A stretch of 64,000 nt of DNA from Macrostomum lignano (Eukaryota), in the NCBI GenBank assembly GCA_002269645.1, contig NIVC01001607.1, positions 1 to 64,000 of the forward strand, written 5' to 3'. A program made the translations under genes and the position numbers. Below, one piece after another: positions 23,408 to 37,659 of this stretch (its first letter is position 1; each line of letters starts with the position of its first letter). A model generated the notes under the pieces. That model was not told where the DNA came from, ran no database searches, and saw only the letters and a program-made list of their open reading frames with translations.

Positions 23408-23820
23408 ATGCAGAAGCCACTAGCAGCAGCCGGGCCCGGCGCCCTCCAGCCGGACGTGCAGGCGATTCGTCAGCAGCAGCAGCAGCTGGGCACAGTAGCG
23501 AAAGTGCTTATCTCATTCAGCCTGCTGCTCATCGTATTGCCTATTACCCTGTACTTCATCACTAAATCGCTTCTATTTGAAGGTTGGTATTTTAATTTTT
23601 CGTTTTCAAACTCTTACCTACTTAAAAGTAGTAAAAATTGTATTTGCATTTCCGAATTGATTTAGGCTTTCTGTCCATCGCGCCGCGTCAGAGCTACATC
23701 TACGCGGCCATTGTTGCCGTGGTTACCGTGCACATCATCCTGGCCGGTTTCGTGTTCTTCGCCTTCTGGGAGGGCGGCACTGGTAAAGAGGTGCCCGATG
23801 CGGCTGCTAAACAGGACTAA
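23408..23820 (+). CDS. VMA21: V-ATPase assembly factor VMA21, 2 exons (23408-23582, 23666-23820), about 109 aa
   Basis: Two TM helices: VLISFSLLLIVLPITLYFITKSLLFE and SYIYAAIVAVVTVHIILAGFVFFAFW. C-terminal KQD as in metazoan VMA21. An 83-nt phase-1 GT-AG intron joins the exons. Confidence 0.92.
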
Positions 23821-23899
23821 ATAATTATTTATTATTCAGTACTAACCTGTGCTTGATTTATTCAGTAAATGTATGTGCTGCCTTGTATGCGATGCGTAG

Positions 23900-25392
23900 C
23901 AGATTCAATGACTGAGGGAGCGGAGAGAGGCAGATTCAATGACTGAGGGAGCGGAGAGAGGCAGATTCAATGGCTGAGAGAGCGGAGAGGGGCAGATTCA
24001 ATGACTGAGGGAGCGCAGAGAGGCAGATTCAATGACTGAGGGAGAGGAGAGAGGCAGATTCAATGACTGAGGGAGCGGAGAGAGGCAGATTCAATGACTG
24101 AGGGAGCGGAGAGAGGCAGATTCAATGACTGAGGGAGCGGAGAGAGGCAGATTCAATGACTGAGGGAGCGGAGAGAGGCAGATTCAATGACTGAGGGAGC
24201 GGAGAGGGGCAGATTCAATGACTGAGGGAGCGGAGAGAGGCTGATTCAATGACTGAGGGAGAGGAGAGGGGCAGATTCAATGACTGAGGGAGCGCAGAGA
24301 GGCAGATTCAATGACTGAGGGAGCGGAGAGAGGCAGATTCAATGACTGAGGGAGCGGAGAGAGGCAGATTCAATGACTGAGGGAGCGGAGAGAGGCAGAT
24401 TCAATGGCTGAGAGAGCGGAGAGGGGCAGATTCAATGACTGAGGGAGCGCAGAGAGGCAGATTCAATGACTGAGGGAGCGGAGAGAGGCAGATTCAATGA
24501 CTGAGGGAGCGGAGAGAGGCAGATTCAATGGCTGAGAGAGCGGAGAGGGGCAGATTCAATGACTGAGGGAGCGCAGAGAGGCAGATTCAATGACTGAAGG
24601 AGAGGAGAGAGGCAGATTCAATGGCTGAGAGAGCGGAGAGGGGCAGATTCAATGACTGAGGGAGCGGAGAGAGGCAGATTCAATGACTGAGGGAGCGGAG
24701 AGAGGCAGATTCAATGACTGAGGGAGCGGAGAGAGGCAGATTCAATGGCTGAGAGAGCGGAGAGGGGCAGATTCAATGACTGAGGGAGCGCAGAGAGGCA
24801 GATTCAATGACTGAGGGAGAGGAGAGAGGCAGATTCAATGACTGAGGGAGCGGAGAGAGGCAGATTCAATGACTGAGGGAGCGGAGAGAGGCAGATTCAA
24901 TGGCTGAGAGAGCGGAGAGGGGCAGATTCAATGACTGAGGGAGCGCAGAGAGGCAGATTCAATGACTGAGGGAGAGGAGAGAGGCAGATTCAATGGCTGA
25001 GGGAGAGGAGAGAGTCAGATTCAATGGCTGAGGGGGCGGAGAGAGGCAGATTCAATGACTGAGGGAGAGGAGAGAGGCAGATTCAATGGCTGAGGGAGCG
25101 GAGAGAGGCAGATTCAATGACTGAGGGAGCAGAGAGGCAGATTCAATGACTGAGGGAGCAGAGAGAGGCAGATTCAATGACTGAGGGAGCAGAGAGGCAG
25201 ATTCAATGACTGAGGGAGAGGAGAGAGGCAGATTCAATGGCTGAGGGAGCGGAGAGAGTCAGATTCAATGGCTGAGGGAGCGGAGAGAGGCAGATTCAAT
25301 GACTGAGGGAGCAGAGAGGCAGATTCAATGACTGAGGGAGAGGAGAGAGGCAGATTCAATGGCTGAGGGAGCGGAGAGAGTCAGGCTCAATG
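23900..25392. repeat. 31-bp minisatellite (~1.5 kb)
   Basis: Unit GATTCAATGACTGAGGGAGCGGAGAGAGGCA; period 31. Confidence 0.97.
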
Positions 25393-26964
25393 GCAAGCCT
25401 ACCATTAATCGCAAATTCGCATAATGTTCCCAGTACAAGTACGTAGTTTGTTAACTTTTGTATCGGCTTAGCAAAAGTACAATTTGTTTGCTAAAGTTAT
25501 TCTCTAGTATAGTTAGTGTCTGTACATAGCCACCCAGTGTTTATAACTATTTACTGTCCTGTGGTTTTTCTCGGCTTTTTTATTCAAAAAAGAACATTGT
25601 GTTCGTTTATTCAGAGAATAGATTATCTATAAGCGTACTAAAATACATTGTTCGTACTTTCATTTTTGGTTACCCGTTTTTTACTCCATTATAATTTAAT
25701 TTGGTTCGGTGTTCCTAATTCAATTCTAAATAAATATGTACTTTCATATTGACGAGTGGAAATTCAAATATGAACTGATAATTATGCACTGACATTGAAC
25801 TAGTAAATAATCGCATCTTATTCACGGTTTTTTTTCTTTATTAGCTTCGAATGTTTCGTTAAGCCCAGTACTAGCGCAGAAAGTTAAGCAAATTTAGCCG
25901 CGGTTAGTACACAGCTGAATAGGCTGGCGTAGTCTCTCAAGGCACACGATGCAATCAAGTTGGCTTCTGGGAGGCTTGAATGCACTAGTCTATATGACAA
26001 AATTCCAGCTAATAAAATCATTGGAACTAAGATTATATACTGACTTATACTGACGTACGAGTAAGCTGGAGAAAAAGTAAATGGAAAAACAATGACGTAC
26101 GGACTACCCCTCCAGGTGGATAAAAAATGGCACAGCACAAAGCTTCTCCAATGAGTCGTGTAGCCTGTAGTCCTGTCAGTCCCATTCTTCATTAAAAGTG
26201 CGCATTTGCCGTCGTCTAAAGAGGATTTCTATCTTTCTGTCTTGTTTTCAACATTTTTTCCGGACAAAATCGTTAACTCGATGGGATGCAGGGTATCGGT
26301 CGTTTGCTCGCTTAAATTGCCCTTGTGCCCGTTTGTTCCTATGTTCCCTTGCTGCTGCAGTTGTCTCCTCGTCCCCTTTGTCGTTTCCTCTCCTTTGTCG
26401 TTGCCTCCTGTCGATTCCCACGGGTTCCTGGCCCCGCTCACCTCTAGCTTGCGACGAGAGTTTCCGATTGATAGCTGCACTGGGCCTCATCAACTCAAAC
26501 TCAAGGGCTTCATCCTGCCGGCGCCTATATCTGGTTAGGGGAAGGCGGAGAAGGTCTTGCATTTCCCCGCATCCCCCGGCTCCCGATCGCTATTTAAGAA
26601 TGGAAAAATGCACTTGCCGATTCGGGCGCTTGCATCTGCCTCTTTTGATTATCGCGCATTCCGGGTCTCGGATGAGGACAAGGAGAAGGATGATGAGGCT
26701 GGAAAGACCTGATGTCGCATATCTATGGATTGGATTCGGGAAAAAATACCGTTGTGAATGAAGGGCTGTTGAAAATTCTCCCGTGTGGGAATATGGAAGA
26801 AGCGTTTTAAATATACTGGTAGCTCGTATATGCATCCACCTATACTAAAATGGTTTGTCAGTATCTTCTACGAGCTATTGAAACTAAATTCCATGGAAAT
26901 TTACTACATGGAAATTGACTCCCTAATTTTTTTTTCTTTTGTTTTCCTTTGATTTTATCTTCTT

Positions 26965-27880
26965 TACCCTGAAGATTAGCCTCAAACCACCCTGAAGATT
27001 CGCCTGAAATCACCATGAAGATTCGCCTCAAACCACCCTGAAGTGTCGCCTGAAATCACCCTGAAGAGTTGCCTGAAACTACCCTGAAGAGTCGCCTGAA
27101 ATCACCATGAAGATTCGCCTCAAACCACTCTGAAGAGTTGCCTGAAATCACCATGAAGATTCGCCTCAAACCACTCTGAAGAGTTGCCTGAAATCACCAT
27201 GAAGATTCGCCTCAAACCACTCTGAAGAGTTGCCTGAAATCACCATGAAGATTCGCCTCAAACCACTCTGAAGAGTTGCCTGAAATCACCCTGAAGAGTC
27301 GCCTGAAATCACCATGAAGATTCATCTCAAACCACCCTGAAGTTAGCCTCAAACCACTCTGTAGATTAGCCTCAAACCACCCTGAAGATTAGCCTCAAAC
27401 TACCCTGAAGATTCGCCTCAAACTACCCTGAAGATTCGCCTCAGACTACCCTGAAGATTCGCCTCAAACTACCCTGAAGATTCGCCTCAAACTACCCTGA
27501 AGATTAGCCTCAAACTACCCTGAAGATTCGCCTCAAACTACCCTGAAGATTCGCCTCAAACTACCCTGAAGATTCGCCTCAAACTACCCTGAAGATTCGC
27601 CTCAAACTACCCTGAAGATTCGCCTCAAACTACCCTGAAGATTCGCCTCAAACTACCCTGAAGATTCGCCTCAAACTACCCTGAAGATTCGCCTCAAACT
27701 ACCCTGAAGATTCGCCTCAAACTACCCTGAAGATTCGCCTCAAATCACCCTGAAGAGTCGCCTCAAACTACCCTGAAGATTCGCCTCAAACTACCCTGAA
27801 GATTCGCCTCAAACTACCCTGAAGATTAGCCTCAAACTACCCTGAAGATTCGCCTCAAATCACCCTGAAGAGTCGTCTTA
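26965..27880. repeat. 23-bp minisatellite
   Basis: Unit CTGAAGATTCGCCTCAAACTACC. Confidence 0.95.
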
Positions 27881-28594
27881 AACCACTACAAAATCAAATC
27901 TACTTTTAGTATTCAGGCTAATGTGTAATTCTAAATCGCATCAAACACCAGTGTGAGACATACTACTTATTACTTATTACTACTTATTATTATATAAATA
28001 TCCGATAAGTAGTACCTATCGGATATTTATAGGCATTTATTAATAGAGATTTCCCATTGGTTGCCAGGTGCCTCCGCCAATCCGGAGATGGAGATGGACT
28101 TGGCGCTTGTCGCCCTCTTCGGTTCATTTTTAGGAAGTTTTATAACCGAGTCCCGCCGTTCAGGCAGACACCCAGCTATTTGTATTTATTAGATCGCTCT
28201 TCTGACAGGTCTCTAGCTGCCGTGCACATCAGATTCTTCATCATATCAGCATCACATTGAAAATGTGTAGCCACCAAAGTTGAATCAGTCTCGAGTTCAG
28301 GCGTCTTGACAACTACTGAGCGAAGAGTCAAACCACGCTTCCTAATATGATGGTGAGTCAATTTTTAATCATTTTCAGAACGACAGTTTAAATCTGTGGA
28401 ACGATGAAAAAAAGCATTGAGAATCTCCGCTTGCAACTGTAGCTCTGACTCAATAATGAGGAACATTACATGTACATGTATTCGAGATTGGCTTCAATTC
28501 TCGTAAGAATTTTCTTGAAATTTCACAAAATATGGCTGGTTTTTTTAATGAGAATCATTCAATATTACCTCAGGAGCCGCCTCAAATTACCACA

Positions 28595-29835
28595 AAAATC
28601 GCCTAAAATTAACTCAAGAATCGCCCCAAATTGCCCCAAGAATCGCCCCAAATTGCCCCAAGAATCGCCTCAAATTACCCCAAGAATCGCCCCAAGCTAC
28701 CACAAGAATCGCCCCAAATTACCCCAAGAATCGCCTCAAATTACCCCAAGAATCGCCCCAAGCTACCACAAGAATCGCCCCAAATTACCCCAAGAATCGC
28801 CCCAAGTTACTACAAGAATCGCCCCAAGTTACCACAAGAATCGCCCCAAGTTACCCCAAGAATCGCCCTAAATTACCCCAAGAATCGCCCCAAATTACCC
28901 CAAGAATCGCCCCAAATTACACTAATAATCGCCCCAAATTACCCCAAGAATCGCCCCAAATTACCACAAGAATCGCCCCAAGTTACCACAAGAATCGCCC
29001 TAAATTACCCCAAGAATCGCCCCAAATTACCCTCATAATCTCCCAAATTACCCCAAGAATTGCCCCAAATTACCCCAAGAATCGCCTCAAATTACCCCAA
29101 GAATCGCCCCAAGTTACCACAAGAATCGCCCCAAATTACCCCAAGAATCGCCCCAAGTTACTACAAGAATCGCCCCAAATTACCCCAAGAATCGCCCCAA
29201 ATTACCTCAAGAATCGCCCCAAATTACCCCAAGAATCGCCCTAAGTTACCACAAGAAACGCCCCAAATTACCCCAAGAATCGCCTCAAATTACCCCAAGA
29301 ATCGCCCCAAGTTACCACAAGAATCGCCCCAAATTACCCCAAGAATCGCCCCAAGTTACTACAAGAATCGCCCCAAATTACCCCAAGAATCGCCCCAAAT
29401 TACCCTAAGAATCGCCCCAAATTACCCCAAGAATCGCCCTAAGTTACCACAAGAAACGCCCCAAATTACCCCAAGAATCGCCCCAAATTACCCCAAGAAT
29501 CGCCCCAAGTTACCACAAGAATCGCCCCAAGTTACCACAAGAATCGCCCCAAATTACCCCAAGAATCGCCCCAAATTACCCCAAGAATCGCCCTAAGTTA
29601 CCACAAGAAACGCCCCAAATTACCCCAAGAATCGCCTCAAATTACCCCAAGAATCGCCTCAAATTATCCCAAGAATCGCCCCAAGTTACCCCAAGAATCG
29701 CCCCAAGTTACTACAAGAATCGCCCCAAATTACCCCAAGAATCGCCCCAAATTACCCCAAGAATCGCCTCAAATTACCCCAATAATCGGCCCAAATTACC
29801 CCAAGAATCGCCTCAAATTACCCCAATAATCGGTC
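28595..29835. repeat. 22-bp minisatellite
   Basis: Unit AAGAATCGCCCCAAATTACCCC (22-aa = 3-unit period in the ORF track). Confidence 0.95.
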
Positions 29836-32714
29836 CAAACTTCCTCGCTCCAAATTGCATAAAAACTTTTTTCAAAATCTGAGTCCGTTTCCCTCAGCGT
29901 CAGATTGGCGGCAAGACGAAACTCTCGGGGCCTTTAAAAGTAGACGCAACACGAATAGGGTCGGTCAGAATCTGGAACATGACAGTTCCTTACTGGCTCT
30001 GGCTCTGGGACGTTGTCGCGGTGAAGGGGGCAATTAATTTTCCCTTTTTCCGCTTATCACAGCCATCTGAGCAGGCCTAGCCCGCAGCCTCCCTAAAGCA
30101 TCTGCTTTCCACTCTCTCTGTCTGCCTCGCCGTCCCTCTCATTTTATGCGTGTCTTCAACTCCTTAATTACCCATACATGTGCTCAGTGTCTCACTTTCT
30201 TATCCCTCCCCTCTTTGGCTTGAGTCCGAGCTAAGGTTGTGTGCTCAGCCTGAAAAGACAGGCGAGCACACACAACATGAACAAGCCTCTTTACCTGTCC
30301 ACTTTGTAGATTTAATAAATTTATCCGATGTTTAGCTTTCCCTGACGTCGGGGGGAGGGGGGCGGAGTCAGTGAGCCAAGGTCACCGTGTGCAGATTTTG
30401 GAATCTCATATGAGACAATGACGAGACACCTAATTGGCTGTGGTTAGCAATTTGCATGGCTAGAGTATCAGTATCAGTGATGTCGGAACTCCTTAAAAGC
30501 AAATAAAGCATACGTCTGCTTGTATCCTTGTTACTCAATGCAGCTGGAAGTGTGTTGACCAGCTGAAGCAGGAAGTAATTAATTTGTAGACCATGCAGGG
30601 TCCTGACACTGTGCGCAGTGAATTACCTATAAATAACCGCACCGGACTCACCTATTTGATGGAAAAGACAAACAGAAATACTCATATATAAATATACCCA
30701 CATTAGTTTCTTGTTTTGTGCACCAATGATCAGGACTGCTCGGTTGAGTACATTGCGAATTAATCCCCGCAATGGCTCACTACTGGGTGCGTTTCGTGCC
30801 TCTCTGCAGTTGAGTGACCCCCCAGGAGCAACCCGAGAGAGGGAGAGAGAGAGTAGGTTTCTGGGTTGATACGGAATCGATGCCTCATCCTATTCAGAGG
30901 CTGGTAGTGTGACGAGCGGCAATCTATAAAGGCAGAAAATGTCCCTCTCTATCATTCTGCGTGGAGATGGATTTATCCCACAAAAAACACTATCATTCCC
31001 AGACTTAATCCAGCCAAATCCAACCAATTATTGATTTTTGGACGGATGAGCAACTGACTGAAAGATTTTCAATTACTATGGCTGTGCAAAAATGCGCAGT
31101 TCTTACAAAATCAGATTCTACATAGGCTGCTCCACAAGATGGCACTTCAGGTCGTTCCGGTGTCACACTTCATCGTGCCGTCGCCTCACGCAGATACCTT
31201 AAAATCCGATGCAAATTTTACCACCGAACGAAGCCCCATCAACTCCCCGCTTGCGTCACAACTTCGACCTCAAGACAGCTGGGTCTCTTCTAACCTTATC
31301 GATTTTGGTACACAGAAAATCAGCGGGCTTCATCTGGTTGACAAGCGAAAGCTTCGCTTCGACTTGATTTGTTCCATGGGTGGAATAGATAGCACAGCAC
31401 GGATAGCTTTAACAGACAGCTTTTATAGTGAAGCCACATAGAACTTCAGGAGAGGCTCTGCTCATTATTTTCGCCGTTTTCAAAGGCCTTCGCCAACTCG
31501 AAATCAAAGCGTGTTATAGGTAGTTTACTAGCTTCCCAGTGACTCAGTCAGCTTAAACCTTTAAAAAGCACCACGCACAGCTGACAAAATTTTATAAATT
31601 TTTATAAACTTTCTCTGTCGCTCAGCTAATGCGACAAGCATTTTATTTCCCATAGGACTCGTTGCTGTATAAATGCATCTAATTTTAGCTGGACAAAGTA
31701 TAGCAAGTCTAGCATTAGCAGAGCAGCCTGGACTGCCATCTAAACAAACTATTGCGTAATCATTGAGCAACAATTTATGCCAAGTCACTCCGTCCCTTCC
31801 ATCATCTCGGCCGCCCAATGCATCTCGCACTGCTAGAAAGTCGCATGGAAACTGGGAAAGCGATGGGGGAGTAATGCCTGACACGCTTCGATAGGTATTG
31901 GGATTAACTATAGTATCGTGTAACTCTTACAGCGTGTAACTCATTAGGTAGTTTGCAGTGGGCTTTGGGATATATTGTCTGTTCACACTTCTTAACCGTG
32001 TTCGGAGGAACCTGCTGTGGCCTTGCCTTGGTAATTCGCGTGGCACCTTGGTTGTGGGGGCTTCCTAGATCGCTATTTTGAACCTAAGACCCGCCCGGCT
32101 ACTCAGAGACACCAGACGTCGGCCCACTGCATCAACCCTAGCAACTCTGCTACCAAAGTTCGGTGCAGTTACGCCAATGTTGCAGTTTGCCACGCGTATT
32201 TATTAGGAAAATAGCGCGAATTGTCGGCCGCGGAGTTCCAGACGAAGAAGCAGAATAAAGAAATAAAAAAGCAGAGAAAAGACGGGGCGGCAAAATTTCC
32301 CACTTCTGAGGAGTGAAGAGTTTTCGCGCAATCCTGGCTAGCTGCCGCGTAGGCTCCTCCTGTGTTTTCCTCTTGCTATTTTTCTCCTTATTCTTCATCC
32401 TCTCTCCTTTCTTCTTTCTTTCTTTTCCCGCCCGCCAGCGCAGCTAAAGGAGGTGCGCTGCTTACCTGCCAGGCGTCATTAATCAGGGCTGTCAGTTCAG
32501 CTTTACAGGCTCTGCGGGAGGCCGCTGGGGGGGGGGTCGTGGGAGCTAACCTGATGTGCCTTCGGCTACACAGATTTTGCGGCGCAAAGGCGAGGGGTGT
32601 TACTGTGCTCAGACACAATATTGACTAGCTAAGCAGTTTACAGGTGTGCCGCCAGAGCCTATCAATTAGATTTCTACTGTGTGTAATAAGACTCCGCGTT
32701 CTTGTGGCTTTTCC

Positions 32715-33340
32715 TTCTCCCCCTCTCTCCCTTCTCTTCCTTCTCTCCCTTCTCTCCCTTCTCTCCCTACTCTCCCTTCTCTCCCTTCTCTCCCTTCTCT
32801 CCCTTCTCTCCCTTCTCTCCCTTCTCTCCCTTCTCTCCCTTCTCTCCCTACTCTCCCTTCTCTCCCTTCTCTCCCTTCTCTCCCTTCTCTCCCTTCTCTC
32901 CCTACTCTCCCTTCTCTTCCTTCTCTCCCTTCTCTCCCTTCTCTCCCTACTCTCCCTTCTCTCCCTTCTCTCCCTTCTCTCCCTTCTCTCCCTTCTCTCC
33001 CTTCTCTCCCTTCTCTCCCTTCTCTCCCTTCTCTCCCTTCTCTCCCTTCTCTCCCTTCTCTTTCTTCTCTTCCTTCTCTCCCTTCTCTCCCTTCTCTCCC
33101 TTCTCTCCCTTCTCTTCCTTCTCTTCCTTCTCTCCCTTCTCTCCCTTCTCTCCCTTCTCTCCCTACTCTCCCTTCTCTCCCTTCTCTCCCTTCTCTCCCT
33201 TCTCTCCCTTCTCTCCCTTCTCTCCCTACTCTCCCTTATTTCCCTTCTCTCCCTTCTCTCCCTTCTCTCCCTTCTCTCCCTACTCTCCATTTCTCTGCCT
33301 TCTCTCTCTTCCCCTTATATCTCTCTATTCTCTCCCTTCT
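32715..33340. repeat. (CTCTCCCTT)n 9-bp polypyrimidine repeat
   Basis: Directly visible. Confidence 0.97.
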
Positions 33341-34299
33341 CTCTCCTTATTTCTCTCTCAGCTTCTTCAGTTAAATATTCACTTGTCAAATAAGTTATAA
33401 AATTGTACTCTAGGCAATGCGTACAATGGAACAGCAGTGGCAATTTACCCATCAAAAATGGAACCCAACCCTTCTAGCACTTTTTCCCTAGCTCCCTCCC
33501 CTCGTTTTTCGTCTGATAATTATGATTATGTTAGGCACCTGTCTTCACTCCCCAGCCACCACCCCGCACCGCAAATAGCATATCCCAAACTGCCAGCATG
33601 CAACCCGCGTTCTGCGCTTTCAACATCATTTTTTTAGAAATTTAATTTCCCATCACGCGCTGCAGCCCGCCCTTCCCCTGGACCCAGCTGCAATCGTTTG
33701 GCTTTGGGAAAAAAAAGAACTAGAAAACTACAAGCTGAGGGGCGGGAGACAGCCACAGGAATTGCAAGGCCAGCTTTGACAGGCAGGCAGACAATCGAAG
33801 CCCGGGATTGGCAGGTTGACAGCGGGAGGTGCCAAAGCTGAGTGGTGACAGCCATCCTGTTGCAGGGGCGTATCCCTGCTCCCGACTCCAATATGAGCGA
33901 CTGGGTGGGGTTGTGGTTGAAGCAGTGGCAGGGCTCGGGACTCTCGGTCAGGAAAACTATGAGTGCATAGGAAATGCAAGTCAGCGCGTGGCTAGAGAGG
34001 CTAGAGAGATGGGGCAGAAAAATGCAAAATGCAGGGGACCCAGCCTCTGTGAGATGGATTTTTGTATGCTTCAAGTACAGATTAAATAAGTCAACTATAA
34101 CACTACATCTCATTTCTTAGAAAAGCAACTTGAAACATTTAATTTAAATTTCAAGAAATATGAATGCAATAAATTTTAGCCAGCACTGGTTTGACCTTAG
34201 CGCACTACCTTAGCGCGAGAGGAATTACTTGCCCATTCTGCCCCGACTCCCCTGAGCAGGCACACAAGCATGCGGATACGTACGCAGTCATACGCACAG

Positions 34300-34524
34300 G
34301 CACACACTCACACGGGAGTGTACAGCGGCCCTAACTTTATTTATCGTTGGGCATGTACATTTCAAGGTGACTTGGGGTTGGTCCTCAAGGGCGTTAATCT
34401 CACGAGCAGAGCCAAGCCGAGATTCCAATTTATCCCTAAATTAATGCGACTGCACTTAGAATCGAGCTTCGGCCGCTGGCGCATCAGAGCGCCTCACTAG
34501 ACCAACTAGGCTACACCCTCCCCC
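34300..34524 (-). mobile_element. tRNA-headed SINE, copy 1
   Basis: The minus strand begins GGGAGGGTGTAGCCTAGTTGG (A box) ... AGCTCGATTCT (B-box-like). The body aligns with 41660-41875. Confidence 0.65.
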
Positions 34525-36104
34525 TTTTGATTACCGATATGTATTGTAAATCATTTTATGCCCTACGGTTTTTTAAAAACGATAAATAAGCTACGTTTAA
34601 TGATTTGGGTTCTTTTCTCGCCATTTCTCTTTTCCTCTTGGCAACAGGAAATATCATTTTGGCCAAACTGCGATCGTATTAGATAACTTTTAGCGCCGTT
34701 AATCGCGCATCCTTGCACTGTCAGCAAGGCTGCTTGGCCCGTGATGTAAAACAGATTTCACGGCAACAAGCAGGGAAGCGGTTGCGAGAGTTTGTAAGTT
34801 TTGCCTGCACAAAAGCCGGAGCCAACTGAGTTAGATTATACAGCAAGATTGCCGGCTGTGCCAGTGCACTGCGAGAGAGCGGGTGCTACGAAAATTGGCT
34901 CTTAATTGGGAAATGGTGTGCGCGCGTCGCAGCGTAGCACATCCCGAAAACTTGTGCCACATAGCAGCAATACTTCGTTTTCCTTCGTCGCCATGCTAGC
35001 AGTCAGCAGTTCTCTCCCACACAAGTGGGTCTCCGGTGGATCCCCCACTTCAGCCTCCGTTTTCGACTTCTCGTGTCAGCAACTTTTGAGCTGGGGGGGA
35101 ATAAAAAAACTCTGTTGCTTCTAAAAGAAAATTTGCATCGCCTACGTAAGCCCCCCCCCCCGTGACAGGGTGTCAGTGCAGTTTCTGAAGTTTCACTTTG
35201 AGCATTCAAAATGCAGAGAGGCTGCAGCTGCGCTGCTCTCAATGGCTGGACTCAATTTCTGCCAGAAAATTTTACTGGAAAATGCAGATATTCCCTTATA
35301 GGTTGCATCCGGGACATCATATTTTGTTCTGTGGTAAATCTTTGTATAGAAATCGCTCTTGTTAATGAAGACTCATTCTTAGAGAGGCGCTTTTTGTTTG
35401 CTACTCATTTCCAAGGCCTTCGGAATCCAACTCGAAGATTCACCGTTCATAGAACCGGAAGGTTCTGAATTTCAGCTAAGATGAGTCATCGCGCCCTTGA
35501 CCATATCCTTGCTTATTTGCGTTTCTATGCAACCAGCGCGTGCAGTTTCCATCCGGGGCGCCGCCTCCCATTTGGAGTCAAAAATGAAACAACAACACTG
35601 AGCCAATTTAAAGCTCTGAATTCACACTTCTTTTGGTTAATTCCGATTTTCCAATCTTGCCTTCTTTTCGGGAGTTCGATTCGGATGTTGGACGTCAGGT
35701 GACGACAACTTGAGGGCGCGGGTCGCCACCCTCTCCCACCCCATTCGAAGCAGTTGGCCTCGCAGTTTCTGATCAACTTGCTTCTTTTAATAAACCGTCG
35801 GCTTCTCTGTCTCTCGGTCGGCCAAAGCAGTTGCCGCGTCCCCGACAGACTCACTCGGGGCTCGGGCTGCGTCTTCCGGCCACTTGGGACTGCTGATGAC
35901 GCAATCGCGCTGACCCGCCGCCTCCCATTCCATCACTCACGCCTCGACGCCTGTCCAGCTGACCCCCGCCGAGGCTCGGGCCTGCAGGATGGGGGAGGAC
36001 ACCGCCGGACAGCTGCTGACTGCCGCCGCCGCTGACTGCCCTTGGGGAGGGGGGGGTCCGCTTTATCGCCAACTTTGAGAGACAGTCAAAATAGAACCAA
36101 GTGT

Positions 36105-36440
<336 letters not shown>

Positions 36441-37074
36441 CATCAAATTGTTAGTTTTGCCGCTCGCAGCTTCAACATTAGTAAAGCAGCAGCAAGGGGC
36501 AGATTTCCAGCGCACTGATGAGGCGCCCGCGTGGGAAAAAAAGTCTCCATCGCGTGCCCTCTCAGCATCAAAGCTGCAGATCTCAATAGATATGAGGAGC
36601 TCATCAGTCTGTCAAATCAACAGCAAACGCTGCTTCCATTCGGATTCTTTCGCTTCGGGCGTGGGTTGGGGGGGGGGGCCTTTTGCCCTCTTTAAATCAG
36701 TTCAGCAACTGCCCAGCTGGCCCGCTTGTCCTCATCGCATTCAGGCGCGGCCCCTTCCTTGTTGGCATTTTTTGTCTTTATCTTTTTTTGCTTTACCCCT
36801 CGGCCGATGCAGTCTCCGATCTCGCTGCCCCTCCTCCCTCATCGCTAACCACAGCGTTTATCCCTGCTGATGAACACCTAGAGTCGTTATATTGAAAATC
36901 GCATCGCGAATGCCTTTCTCTGCGGGATGTCATTCTCCGACTGACTTTCGCTTCCCTCCTAGCAACTGACACGGCTGCAATGTCCGTCATTTCTTTGTCA
37001 AACAAAGAAAAAAGTTGCTGTGCGGTCAATTAAATTGTACTATTGTAGGTAGGCTTGTTTAAGTCTGTGCAAGC

Positions 37075-37405
37075 TTGTGGATTGTTCAAGTTTGTTGATT
37101 GTTTAAGTTTGTGGATTGTTCAAGTTTGTGGATTGTTCAAGTTTGTGGATTCTTTAGGTTTGTGTATTGTTCAAGTTTGTGTATTGTTCAAGTTTGTGGA
37201 TTGTTCAAGTTTGTGGATTGTTCAAGTTTGTGGATTGTTCAAGTTTGTGGATTGTTCAAGTTTGTGGATTGTTCAAGTTTGTGGATTGTTCAAGTTTGTG
37301 GATTGTTCAAGTTTGTGGATTGTTCAAGTTTGTGGATTGTTCAAGTTTGTGGATTGTTCAAGTTTGTGGATTGTGCAAGTCTGTGGATTGTTCAAGTTTG
37401 GGAAT
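37075..37405. repeat. 17-bp minisatellite
   Basis: Unit TTGTTCAAGTTTGTGGA. Confidence 0.95.
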
Positions 37406-37577
37406 TATGAAGATCAGTGCTCACAACTGTTTAACCCATTTAATATAAGTTACATCAAGTAGAATCCAAGTACCGCAGGTCCGCCCATCGTCTCAGCACT
37501 TAATATTTGTTACAAAAATGGCTACATTAACGTGAACATGCGCTCCATCTAAAATCTGCTTTATCGATTGAATACTC

Positions 37578-37578
<1 letters not shown>

Positions 37579-37658
<80 letters not shown>
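37579..37658. repeat. (AG)n microsatellite
   Basis: Directly visible. Confidence 0.98.

Positions 37659-37659
<1 letters not shown>

Noticed and set aside
25884-26562. RTFNEEW and nearby ORFs as a hAT/GTF2IRD2-type transposase remnant
   Set aside because: The expected CxxC...H zinc finger could not be recovered in any frame. It may be a decayed element, but is unsupported without a search.
31561-31884. VCLDGSP motif suggesting Notum/pectin acetylesterase
   Set aside because: The match is seven residues long. The following aromatic GY motif and the rest of the hydrolase are absent.
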